A DNA stretch of 62,743 nt, filler included, from Babesia bigemina (lineage: Eukaryota): NCBI RefSeq assembly GCF_000981445.1. It is 12 parts of 12 records of this genome, joined end to end, with 100 filler letters (N's around TTAATTAATTAA, not from the genome) between each part and the next. Parts side by side here need not be neighbours in the genome. Positions count along the whole stretch, not along the records: positions 21,690 to 23,953 come from NW_012236920.1; positions 24,054 to 26,290 come from NW_012236921.1; positions 26,391 to 29,075 come from NW_012236922.1; positions 29,176 to 31,268 come from NW_012236923.1; positions 31,369 to 33,828 come from NW_012236924.1; 7 more parts are not named here. One strand, 5' to 3'. Below the pieces are notes generated by a model. It had not been told where the DNA came from, did no database searches, and was given only the letters and a program-made list of their open reading frames with translations. Shown here piece after piece: positions 21,690 through 33,928 of this stretch. The translations under genes were made by a program, and so were the position numbers. Within the stretch, counting starts at the first letter, position 1. Each line of letters starts with the position of its first letter.

Positions 21690-23953
21690 ACGGGGGATGC
21701 TTCAGCACATCTATGAATAGATCCACACTGTCTTCCGTATTAGATCGCGTTTCCTTTGTTTCATCCGACACATCATTAATTGCATCGTAGTCTCGATGAA
21801 GACCGACGGGTGGGGTCAATGATGGAGTTGCCGGAGAATCTTCGCCATAATTTGCAAAAGTCGGCTTAATTATATCGAAGATGACATTCGGAGCTTTGTT
21901 GGTTGCCTGATCCTGTAGTGCATTGGAATTTGCGTCGCTTAAAGTATCATCGAACTTCCCAACTTCGAATGAAATTTCTATGTTCGGATCCGGCGGCTGA
22001 ACTATTGAACTCGCCCCAACCACTCCAGAAACGTCATTGACATCTGAATCGGAAGACTGTACAGGTGGCGCACTCATCTTTGTGGCGCTTAAACTTTGGT
22101 GTGAGCCGTGAGCACTTTGTTGATTATCTTGAGCAGCCAACTGGGCATTAGGTTGCTGAACCGTAGCTGAACTAAGGGTGCCATATGGAGAAGAAACTGA
22201 GTCTGAAACACTTGCAAGTTGACTGAGCGCAGCGGCTTGAGAGGTAACATCCGGTTGAGCTGGATTCGAGTTGCTCTTTAGACCCTGATCCCCGCCATCT
22301 GCCTTACCTGGCTGAGAACTTGGGGCAGGGATTGTAGTAGGGCTGGTAGCGGAGTCTGGGGAGGAAGTCGCTTGTGTGGGTTCTTGTTTAACACCCTGTG
22401 GATCTGAGTGACCTGGCTGTGGCGATGGCTGCAGAGTCCCTGCGCCGGGACTCCCTTGATCACCGTTGGACCCCGGTGCGACTGGATCACTATCACTATC
22501 AGAGATTTCAGATGACGAGGACCCTGGAGGTTGAACACCTGAACCTTGAGGTAAAGCAGGCTCTTGAGTTAGGGTACTATTGTTTTTTGAACCGGTATCG
22601 CTGTCACTTGGCGTATCAGCAGTGGTGGGTTCTGGAGCACTGGGGGGAGGTGGCGTAGGAACAGACAGCGTCGGACCTGGCTGGCCTTGCGACGCATTAT
22701 CATTATTGTCAACACTTTGTTGAGCTTGTTTTCCTGCAGCATCAGCTCCACCCGCTGATGCTGAAGCATCATATTGTGAAACCGTTGTAGTGCTTTCGTC
22801 GCTTGTACCTGCACTTTGATCATTTGAATTTCCTTGAGGCGACGATTGGAGTGTAAGGGCCGGACTAAGCGGTGAACCACCACCAAGTGACGATGTACGG
22901 GCTGCGACTAGATCACTTGGATTGGGCGATTGCGCATGAGGTTGAGAATCTAAATTGTCCTGGGAATGGCCATCCGTACCGCCTGCCGCCTCCCCACTTC
23001 CAGGATCAACGCCCTGGCCAGGTAATTTCATGGTTGTGCCGGTGTCTGATGTGGTCGTAGAACTTAATCCATTTTGTTGACCGTGTTGAGAAGACCCCTG
23101 ATTACTATCCGGACTAGAGGAACCAGAGGGAGCAAGGACACTCGAAGGCTGAAATACTGATTCTGTTACACTTGGGGATTGAGTGACAAGAGTGTCTGTA
23201 GAGACAGCAGGCTGTCGACCTGAAGAAGCATCACCCTGTGAACTCCCACCCGGATCACCTAGAGGAACAGGGGGTGCAGGGGCTGCAGAACTGCGGGAAG
23301 AAGCTGTCGGCGAATGCGCTGGCTGAACTTGAGGTTCAACAGTCAACGTCGGAGTGTCTACGGCATCTGGAGGTGCAACAGTCTGTAAAGCCGGCTGAAC
23401 CACTGCTGATATATCCGCGCCGAGGTCACCTTGCGTGCCAGTTACTTCAGGTGTTGCAGCACTGGAGGGAGAGCTCGGGGATTGAGACATATACGTCGAT
23501 TGAGTAACATGCTGTTGCGTCAGAACAGGATCTTGAACTGATGAGTCAGAAGATGCAACAGAATCGTTACCACCAACTGCATGAGGGCTTTGATCAGCTT
23601 CAGACCCTTGCGGGTTCTGATGATCGCTACCAGGAGACACAACTTGAACAGAGGTTACAACTACCGGGCTGGGAGACTTTTCCGTATTTTGATTATTGTC
23701 CTGCATCGGATTTACTCCAAGTGTGCCGCCGTGGATGGGTGTACCCTCAAGTTTATTAGTTCCTTCAGCTATTTTAGGCGTAATAGGCTCTGGCGCTTTA
23801 ATAACGGTAACTTTCTTCTCCGGAACCACTTCCTTGGGTAGTTCAGGAACTGCAGTAACATCGTGGCTAGCAGGTAAGGGTTCTAGCTGTGCTGGGGGAG
23901 GAGGGTGCGGTAGGGACGTAGAACTACCTGTAGAATCTGATCCCCCAGTACTA
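21690..23953 (-). CDS. Internal fragment of a large Ser/Pro/Gln/Thr/Asp-rich low-complexity (mucin-like/disordered) protein
   Basis: One minus-strand frame is open across the entire 2.26-kb contig; no start or stop is present. Confidence 0.75.
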
Positions 23954-24053
23954 NNNNNNNNNNNNNNNNNNNNNNNNNNNNNNNNNNNNNNNNNNNNTTA
24001 ATTAATTAANNNNNNNNNNNNNNNNNNNNNNNNNNNNNNNNNNNNNNNNNNNN

Positions 24054-26290
24054 CGGGCGGCGGTGGTGAGGGTGGAGGTGGCATCTTTTATTTGAGAATT
24101 CACGTGTTCATAAAGTGCATTGACGCATTGTCCTTCAAATTGCGACGCTTCCTTAGTGATGAAACTATTGGCGGCTTCGATGACAGTTACCACATCTCTG
24201 CCCATAAGGTGGGTAAGATCGTTTAATATTTTCGTTAGTTGATTAGCATTAATACCTTTAACGGCCTGATCGCAAAATGTTTCTAGGACGTGTTTAAGGG
24301 TACCATCCTCTGCGTCATCTCCCTTCCCGGCGATTTTCTCTACGGCTTCGCAGAGGACGTTTAGTGCGCGCTTCACGGTGTCAAACAATTTTTCAAAGGT
24401 GTCGGTGTAAAACTTAAGATCGGATTTGACATCGCCACTATTACTGGTATCTTTCACGACATGTTGTAAATATGTTTCGTTATGATTAATCGTTTGCTCA
24501 ATTTGCTTTATGGCTACTGGAAGTTTCCCTTCTCCTGGATTTCCTTGTAGCGCCGCATCTGATCCCCTAAGGCCAGTCGTGTTAACGCTGTTTAGATAAC
24601 CATTGAACGTATCTGTAGGAAGTGTTACTCTATTTGAAGGTGATCCTTTTTCATCATTCCCAATCTTGTCATTTAGCTTTCGATTGATTTCTACCATAAC
24701 ATTGTCTCCGAGAGTACTGGGACCGCTAGATAGCGCAGGGTCGCTTAGCGCACTTTTTATTTTTCCGCCGAGTGCCTGAATGTCTTTTATAGCGTTTTCC
24801 ACTCCTTCGCCGAAATTGTAATCGGAATGATCGTCGGATGTGAACCATTCAAGCTCTTCGTACACTTGTCTGGCTGCGGCATACAGTGCAACTAGAATGG
24901 CTTCCACAGCAATCTGCAAATTTAAGCTGTAATATAGTCCACTTGACTTTGAGGTATTTTTCGCTAATGTATTTTCTACCTCCTCGACAACTTTTTTGAC
25001 AAAGTTAACTTCTAATTTGCCAATTCTCAACTTCCCATCCAGCCCTATTATGAATGTATACACACAGTTTTTGACAGCTTCAATGTTCCTCTGAATGCCG
25101 TTGTCAGTTTGCATATCACTTGCAACCACTTGAACGGCTGCCTCAACCTCCCGCTCTAGCTTTCGCATAATAGCCTCCGTTATTGCCCCATGCAAGGATG
25201 TTGGCTCTTTGTATGTACTAGTCACAAAATAACTATGAGATTTGTTTTTCGTAATATACTCACTAAGCCTTTGATTCACCACGCCATCTTTCTTCAAGAT
25301 GTCATCAATCCAATCGTTCACGATCTTCTTAAATCCCTGTTCTCCATTCTCTCCGAACTTCTGAGCATACTCTTTCAGTTTTTTTTCCACGTCGTATAAA
25401 TGGCCCTTATCTCCATTCTTATCATAAATGGATTTAACTAGCTCGTCGACATTTAATTGCAACTGCTCCGCCATACCACCCCTGACATAGTTATTCAACT
25501 CTCCTTTAATCCCATCCCTCACGTCTTTCAAATTCTTCCTCAGCGCATCATCCATCGTTTTCACTGCCCCTAACGCCTGCGCGACTAACGTCTCAACCTG
25601 CTCCTTAGCCTTGTACGCCCTGCTACGAAGATCATCTGCTTTGACTTTCAATGCATTAGCGGCTTCCACAACAGGCTGCTTTTTTGCCTTGTGGCCACCA
25701 GTTCCCACAGTCTCCACTATTTCGCCAACTTTCCCTAAAGCAGTTCCCATAGTCCCCTCCGCAGTACTAATCCACTGTCGCAAATCTGCAACATAGTTAC
25801 CTAAATCGAAATATATTTTATCAAGCGTACGTTTAATACCTGCAACCAAATCTCTCAAATCGTTGACAAGTTTGCCAACTTTCTCTCTAATCGCATCATT
25901 AACGCTTGTTTTAAGCTTCTCCATGGTCAGTCTCACCGTTCGCTTCATACTTCTAAAGTCCGTCCATTCTTTATTCCACAACTTGTCAAGCCTCTCACTC
26001 TCATGTTTTACTGTCTTGGTACATACAAGAACACTATCACGCAATTTAGAATGAAGATCATTAATTGATGTTTTCATATGACTATTATACAAATTGTCTA
26101 AGTCGAAAACGTCGTTAAAATACTTAGCATACTGCTTACACTTCTGCAGCTGCTCGCCCACTCGCTCCTTCTCCCCAGTGAAGTCAGTTGCCTGCGCAGA
26201 ATTATCATTTAAAATTGTACTCACCTGTTTTTCCAGCTCTTTCATCTCATTTTTCAGCTTATCAATCGGCCTCTTCACTTTCTCATTCCC
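24054..26290 (-). CDS. ves: VESA1-like protein, internal fragment
   Basis: Frame open across the contig. LKVKADDLRSRAYKAKEQV resembles LQTKADDLRTKAYTAKQKV of the 36404 gene; F..IV..WI.DIL and EGKLP motifs are shared with other copies. Confidence 0.8.
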
Positions 26291-26390
26291 NNNNNNNNNN
26301 NNNNNNNNNNNNNNNNNNNNNNNNNNNNNNNNNNTTAATTAATTAANNNNNNNNNNNNNNNNNNNNNNNNNNNNNNNNNNNNNNNNNNNN

Positions 26391-29075
26391 GGGGGAGTGG
26401 GATAGGGAGGTGACTGAAAAAACTAGCGCACTTAAGGAACAACTACGAATACTTAATGTTGATAGATTTAATGATTTTAACAATGCACTTAGCGTACTTA
26501 ATAATTGCAATGCTGCTCAAGTGGCTGATCAGTTGCAGGTCTGCATCACTGAGGCAACTGCGATGCTAACTGACTTTAATTTCACCGAAACGTATTATTA
26601 TAATCTCGACAAAGCACTGAGAGATAAGTTGAAAGATCCTGTAAATAACATCAAAGTACAGGTGAAATCGTTCGTGGAGGCGGCAACAAACAAGGAATTG
26701 CGTAATGTGTTAATTTTCAGTGAGCAGGAGTTAGAGAGACTGGGCACCAAAATGAAGGACAATGCTGAGGTTTGCATTAGGGTTATGGAAAGCAAGATCA
26801 ACAGCAATTTCGAAGCACAGATAAAGACGCCAATAAGAGATGTGAATGATAAGCTAAAAAAGGTTTATGAAGATTTGGCGAAATGGAAAATGAAGGCACG
26901 AAGAGTTTTGGACAAAGCTATTGAAAAATGTAATATAATTGCTATAATGGTTGATCCGCAAAATTCAGATATTCACAATAAAGCCAACGCTATGAAAAGT
27001 ACAGCCGAGAAACTCCGGGATGCAGCAAAGGAATCTACAGACGCAGTTACGAAGCAGGTTGCTGCAGCGCTTGAGTATGTTGTTCAGTTGGACAGTGCTG
27101 TTAAAATGGATCTGGATCGGGTGAAAGGCCAGATTCAGATGGCACTGCGAAAGTATGTTAAGGAAGAGTTGCTCAAGGATATTAAAACGCGGGTAGAGAC
27201 TATCGAAGGTAAGCGAGCGAATGAGGCGTTGCGTGGGATTAAAACCACGGTAGAGAATTATGCTAAGAAATTTCACCATAATGGAGCGGATGGGTTTGAA
27301 AGTATCATAAAAAATTGGATTGATGACATTATTAAGGTGGATCCAGTCAAGGGGTGGATTAATAAGTATGTTGAGTATAGCAATACCAGGGGTTTAAAAG
27401 AAATATATAAGAGAGACATTGACGGCGATAACACAAAAGTTTGTGAGGAAATCAGAGTGAAGATAGAGGAGGCGCTTCAGACAGCAGGCATTATTAGCCA
27501 AACGAGCATAGCCGCGAAGGGTGCTCATCTTGACGGCACCATTAAAGGTTGCGTTCAAGCTGTTCAGTTCGGTTGTAATACATTCGCCAGTAAGCTCGGT
27601 GAGAAGTTAAAGGGAGGGGAGATTAGTACTCGTGGATTATCAAACAAGATTGAGATGCAATTGACAAGTATTGCCCATGCAACTACTAATCTATATAATT
27701 CTGTCGACTCCATCTTACATCAACTGGTGGGTGTAGCGAAAAAAACTGGTGAGGCAATTCAGTCCTTCGCAGTCGATGAATCAAATATGAGTGAGGACGT
27801 CGATTCTGCGCTTAGAGTAGCCAATCAGCTGGGCATCGATCTTCGCACGGCAACTGAGCCGACAGACCCTAGCGTTCCTGTGGAAGCCATTCTCCCCTCC
27901 AACCATGGGTACGACACTTACAAGTTTGACAGCAAGATTCTCGGGATATTGGACACGGATATCGGTGAGACCGATGGCAGTGACGGTAAAGTCAAAATTC
28001 TGGGAGAAAAATATCTGAACTACGCGTTATATATTCAACAAGACGCATCCACCCTAAGGGCCCTCAAGGGTAGGAATCTAACTGGTGTGGCGAAGGAAGG
28101 CAAGCTGCCAGATAACATTGGGATGATAGAGAGACAGGGTCTCCAGAAACTTAAGGACACTGGCATCAACAAAATTCTAAAGAAGATCGACAATCCATTC
28201 GAAACTTTTTTCCACGTTATTAAGAAGCAACTCACAGCGTTGACTGCTATGGTAAATGAAACGAATATGAACCAATCGGATTCCACAGATAATAAAGGTA
28301 TCAAGATTCTTCTTGAAGAGTTGAAAGACATGCTTACCATCGAGGATGCAAAGAAACGTTACAATCTTACAAGTGGCCTTGCAAATATACAACACGATAT
28401 TGACAAATTATTAGGCACTGTAATTGAAAAACATGATAGCACCAATAATCATAATAATCTGAAAAATATCGTCGCAAATGCCGACACCTTCTACACAACC
28501 GTTATAGAAGCGGAAAGCATTATGGCCATAAATCAGATAACAACGTCATGTACGCACGAATTCAAGCTGACTAAGGAAGCAATTCAACACAATGCAAAAA
28601 CGCGGTATAACAACAAAATGAGTAAGATTCTGAAAGAGATGCGAAGGAGCCTTAATAATAACGTCAGTATAATTGAATACATCATCGATAAAGATTACGT
28701 AACTGGCGCGAAAGGTTTAATGCGTACTTTGAAAGGAATCAGTGTGAGCGTCAAACCAAACGAGCTTCCCAAGTTCGATGAGTCCCCAATCAATAATAGC
28801 CTTACAGCTGTAAACAAGAATTTCACTCTCGCCGACTTTAAAGACCTCTCATCGAATCTGAAAAAATACGTTAATAAAATTTTGCGATATGTCGAGCACC
28901 AGGCAATGACACCGATGCCTGACCCACAACCTGCGAAGACAAATACGCAATCCGACAATGTAAAGAACATTAACCAAAACACCAACAAATTACTCGAACA
29001 TCTGGCCGGAGATTGTAACTCTAAAAAGTATAATTATGATCATACCTTCGCTGATTTACTCTCCCACCTCTCCTC
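26391..29075 (+). CDS. ves: VESA1-like protein, internal fragment
   Basis: Open 2.7-kb frame. LD..L.DKLK, ILHQLVGVA, D...GAKGL and YNYDHTF motifs are colinear with full-length copies. Confidence 0.8.
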
Positions 29076-29197
29076 NNNNNNNNNNNNNNNNNNNNNNNNN
29101 NNNNNNNNNNNNNNNNNNNTTAATTAATTAANNNNNNNNNNNNNNNNNNNNNNNNNNNNNNNNNNNNNNNNNNNNGTAATAATCACCACTTTGGTCA

Positions 29198-29321
29198 CCA
29201 TGTCATCGCTGCCGTGTTGATGTCATCGCTGCCGTGTTGATGTCATCGCTGCCGTGTTGATGTCATCGCTGCCGTGTCCATCTCATCGCTGCCGTGTCCA
29301 TGTCCTCGCTGCCGTGACCAT
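29198..29321. repeat. 20-bp tandem repeat, reverse orientation, 6 units
   Basis: GTCATCGCTGCCGTG... units, preceded by the inverted junction GTAATAATCACCACTT at 29176. Confidence 0.93.
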
Positions 29322-29521
29322 CAACTTGGTCAGCACGTTGGTCAACACGTTGGTCAACACTTTGGTCAGCACGTTGGTCAACACGTTGGTCAACACTTTG
29401 GTCAGCACATTGGTCATGGCATTGGTCAACACGTTGGTCAGCACCTTGGTCAGCACCTTGGTCAGCACGTTGGTCAGCACATTGGTCAGCACTTTGGTCA
29501 GCACATTGGTCACCACTTTAG
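29322..29521. repeat. 12-bp minisatellite, reverse orientation
   Basis: TTGGTCAGCAC(G/A/T/C) units. Confidence 0.94.
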
Positions 29522-29643
29522 TTAACTATTACACAATCACATACAACGGTTAATGAGTGATACAACAGATTAAACAACAATGCATAAGTTAGGTGAGTAG
29601 GTGATATGCTAGGTGAGTGTAGATAGTAAACACGTGAGTACGA

Positions 29644-31268
29644 TTATGGTTGCAGATAAAACACCCTGTTAAGCTTGTTAACGCGAGCAGCAGCAAGTAG
29701 TGACTGAGCGGCGATACGATGTGATGAGGGTGAGTGCAAATGCGATTTGATGTGGAGCAGGTCGAGGCGGATGACCATGATGTGGATGAGGTACAGGACA
29801 GAGAGGAGCCAGAGCGCTACGTTGAGCCAGATGAAGGGGGCGCGAATTTGGAAGATGAATTGGGGTATTGTGACATGGACCAATTTGGCAAGCGGATGCC
29901 CATCTACTTCTTTTTCATTGGTAACGCTTTTCAATACCATACACAAATCTTTGCACGTGCGCTTGGTTGTCTTGGCAGATAGACTATTGCAATCTCCAAG
30001 TACGAAACCATATTTGTAGAAAGTGGGACGCATGAATTTGCAGTCAACTATGGATCCACATGATTCATCATGAGCAGAACCTGGAGACATCGGCAACTCA
30101 GTTGCTGTACATTTATTCCTACATTTACTGACACGGCACCTAGAGCCAGTAGAATTGCAGTTAGTAGCGCATTCTTTGTACAGCTGTTTTAGCAAATCAA
30201 GGAATGACTCTGTGCAGTAGACAATCCAAGACAGATATTTGTCTGCATTTTCTTTTGTGAAAGTAGCGCACATATCTTGACAAATCGGCCTCAAGTATGG
30301 ACCGCAAGGATGAGATGAAACAGATGATGAATTGGTATGGCAATCAACAAGTGCGTATAGATCGCCCGTAATATGCGAGCTCTTCTGGCTTGGGGGCTTC
30401 GTGCCATGGTCCCTGTGCTTGAATATGGTAGTGATGTCCAATTCGGTTTGGGGATTCTCGAAGTTAGAATCCATGACAGCTTTATGGAATGCGTCTTCCC
30501 TGTGCATCTGACGTGTTCCGGCAGCCTTGTCCCACTCATTAAGCAGAGTGCAATAGAAAGCGAACATGTCACCTAAAGTTTTCGGTGCACTAGGGAGGAT
30601 GCATTTGAGTTGACTGCAGAGTTTTGTTAGAGGCGACATTTTGCTACCGCAGAATTCATGAAGCGTATTCAATATATGTTCACCAGTGTATCTGTGTGAC
30701 GCCATTTGACTAATTTCTCCGAATCCCATGGGCGTATTACAAGGACCACCGGAGTGATTTTTTAATGAACATTGCAGTTTACCTTTCTCGAATTTTAGAT
30801 GATGCGGTAGGAAACCCTGCAACCCATCTTCTAAAAACGATTGAAGCGGCGACTTAAGCCCGCAGTTGACTGTTTGGTTGCACTTTTGGTTACAACTTTG
30901 GTTATGACTTTGGTCAGCACGTTGCTCAGGGCATTGGATGTTGTTGCACTTCCAGTTAGACCCACCGATATCACGACCATACCAGCAGTTGGCCCAGCCG
31001 CTGAGATCACTGGAATAACATTGACGATACAGGAAATAAAGTTGATGGTGAACGCGTGTCACGATATCAAACAAGCAGCATACTAGTGTTATCATATCGG
31101 CGGGATATGCAAATTTATCTGCGTTGGTGTTGAAGTCGCAAGCGTAACGTCCTTCTGCGTGACCATAGCCTAGTACGGCAACTAGTATGGTCTCCGAGTA
31201 GACACAAACATCGCGAAGGCTGGCCGATAATCTTGGAGCCGTGATATCGTGAGGATAGGCTGCCAGGG
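29644..31268 (-). CDS. ves: VESA1-like protein, C-terminal fragment
   Basis: GRYACDFNTN, SPLQSFLEDGLQGFLPH, KYLSWIVY, TM and ...RVNKLNRVFYLQP stop; 5' end lost in gap. Confidence 0.9.
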
Positions 31269-31466
31269 NNNNNNNNNNNNNNNNNNNNNNNNNNNNNNNN
31301 NNNNNNNNNNNNTTAATTAATTAANNNNNNNNNNNNNNNNNNNNNNNNNNNNNNNNNNNNNNNNNNNNCCGGCCTCGAAAAATTCCTCGGCTTCAATCCA
31401 TCTTCGAAAGGCTACACTGGCAGTGGGATTGTGTACTCCGACTTGGATAGGCTGTGTGATGCAGTG

Positions 31467-33828
31467 ATGGGATTTTTGAGTGGTGTGCTTGGTGCGGTGA
31501 AAGATGATGAAGCGGTTAAAACGTACGATAATTACATGCCTATAGATAATAGACTTGAAAAAGTACTAGAAGAGGTAAATAAAAAAATTGGCTCCGGGCG
31601 TGATGGGCTTGCGGTGTCTGTCGGCGCGGTGAAGGAGTGGTTGGAGGGGTATGGGAATAAAATTCGTGATATGACTTTCAACGTCAAAAATGCTTTAGCT
31701 ATACTCCAAGATGATTTATCAGGTAAGTATCTTAGTAGTATTAACAGTGCGCAGAATCTGGAAGATCAGCTGAAGCACTGGAACGGAGTGCTCAAGGACA
31801 TCGACTTTCACCTAAATGAAGCTGAGACTAGCGGTGTTAATGTATTAGATGATAAACTAAAAAATACGTTGTTGCATGAGGTGAAAGTAGTTAGAAAATC
31901 TGTGCAGGTGATGAGGGAGAGCGCTGACAACGAGGCTTTCAAGGCTCAAGCGGACAGAGTCGATAAGCAGTTGCTTGAGCGGGAGGATGAGCTTAGGAGG
32001 GCAATTAATACGCAATATGAAACCGTGCGAAAAACGGTGGTAGATACGTTAGGCAAGATCAATGATGAAGTCTCCTATTTCGGTGGCGTGAAGAAATCGG
32101 AATTTCAAAAAATAAGTCAAGCCGTGATAGAAGCCAAAAAGGATATTAATAAATTGGTGGAGGACCGGCAGGAAGGGTTTGATAAAATGTATAAAACCCC
32201 GATTCTTGCGAAATTCGATACCATAAGAGGGAAATTGCAAGAACTCGATAATGTTAAACATAAGGGGAAGGGAGGAAATTCTAAGCTTCACGATGACGTG
32301 GAAGACATCACCAAGCAGATTGCGGAACAGGTGGTGTTGGCACAGAAGGAGGTGACTGCTTTGGAGTCGGCCGTTAAAGCGACGGCTTCAGCGGCGTATC
32401 AGAAGATTAGCCAATTGGTTGACGATGCAACAGGGGCGCTTAGCGGGTTGGAAACTAAAGTTAAAAGTGGTCTGGGCAAGTTGAAAAGTGAGGTAGATAA
32501 GCCGATTGAGGATGTCATCAATAAGCTCAAGGAGGGAATTGCAAATGCTGCTGAGGCAGAGGGTGCATACAAGGTCGTTCAAGAGTTTTATCTGGGTATA
32601 CAAGATAAGGTCGATTATCCAAATTTACATAAATGGTCTGAGGCAGCAAAAAGTGGTGGTAGTCTTAAAGATGCTATCGCCGCATTAGGATCGAATGATA
32701 CTTATATCAATAATTTCAAAGCAGTATTAACCAAACTTAAAGACCCACAAAATGTTGGAGGTATATTTTACGATGCGCTCATGATGGACCTTCAGAAAAA
32801 AGCTAAGGATGCGATAGAAGCGGTGAGATCTGACAGAAGTGGCAAATTTGCAAATGTTTTCCAGCAATTCAGCCAGGAAATCAAGAAAAGCGATGATAGA
32901 GGTAGCACAGTATATGAGAAGATCGATGGGATAAAGGCGGATAGTGAGATTTCTTCACTTCAAAACCTTTCTGTAGATAGTAGCAAACTTACAAATGTCA
33001 TCAATCTGTTTGAAAAGGATGCTGAAATCGGTGATGAGACGTCGAAAGTCAAAAAAGCTATCGACAAAGTCCTCCAGAAGATTACAATGCTGCAAGCTGT
33101 GCCTGGCGAAGTGACCAAACTCCAAAGCGAAACTAAGAGTCTGTTAGAGCAGTTGAAGGCTCAGCTCGACCAGCTTCAGAAAGAAATCGACGCCATTGAG
33201 AGTAGTGTCAAATCAGCTGAAAAAGCGTTAAATGGGTGTATCCATGACCTAAATCGTGCCGTATCCGCAGCTTATCACAGCTCGATACAAGCCGTCGAAA
33301 ACCTTAAAAATGAGCTTTGTGATATAACTCGCAAAGCCTTCCAAAACGTGACCAATGAAGTACGACTACTCTTCGCAAACGGCCACCAAGCAGATCTGAC
33401 GGCGTTGGGTAACTTGGTGAATGAGCAGAATCAGACGATTGAAGAGTTAATAAGAGTAGATAAGAGTAACGGCGTTAAGGGTCTATTGAAGTGGCTTTTT
33501 AAGCACAAAGGAAGTGAACTTGAGAAATTTAGAATCGACGTCACGTCGCCGATGAAGCCGGAAGAGAGAGCTAAAAAGTTGAGAAAGCTGTCCAAAGATT
33601 TCAAAGAACATGTTGATGTCATTTGTAAGTACGTTGAAAATCAAGCAAAAACTCCTAAAGGCGAAAAAACTCCAGAAAAAGTACACAATAATAGGTCTGA
33701 GAAAGTTCACGAGATACAACAGAAATTGAGTTCGCTGCTACAATACATTTCAGATGAAAATGCCTTGCCTGATGTCAAAGATCGTGATTTAAGAAGAATC
33801 TTCACCTTCGACGCCGAATTCCGCTCCC
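31467..33828 (+). CDS. ves: VESA1-like protein, N-terminal fragment
   Basis: Preceded by GLEKFLGFNPSSKGYTGSGIVYSDLDRLCDAV; starts MGFLSGVLGAVKDD; runs into gap. Confidence 0.88.
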
Positions 33829-33928
33829 NNNNNNNNNNNNNNNNNNNNNNNNNNNNNNNNNNNNNNNNNNNNTTAATTAATTAANNNNNNNNNNNNNNNN
33901 NNNNNNNNNNNNNNNNNNNNNNNNNNNN

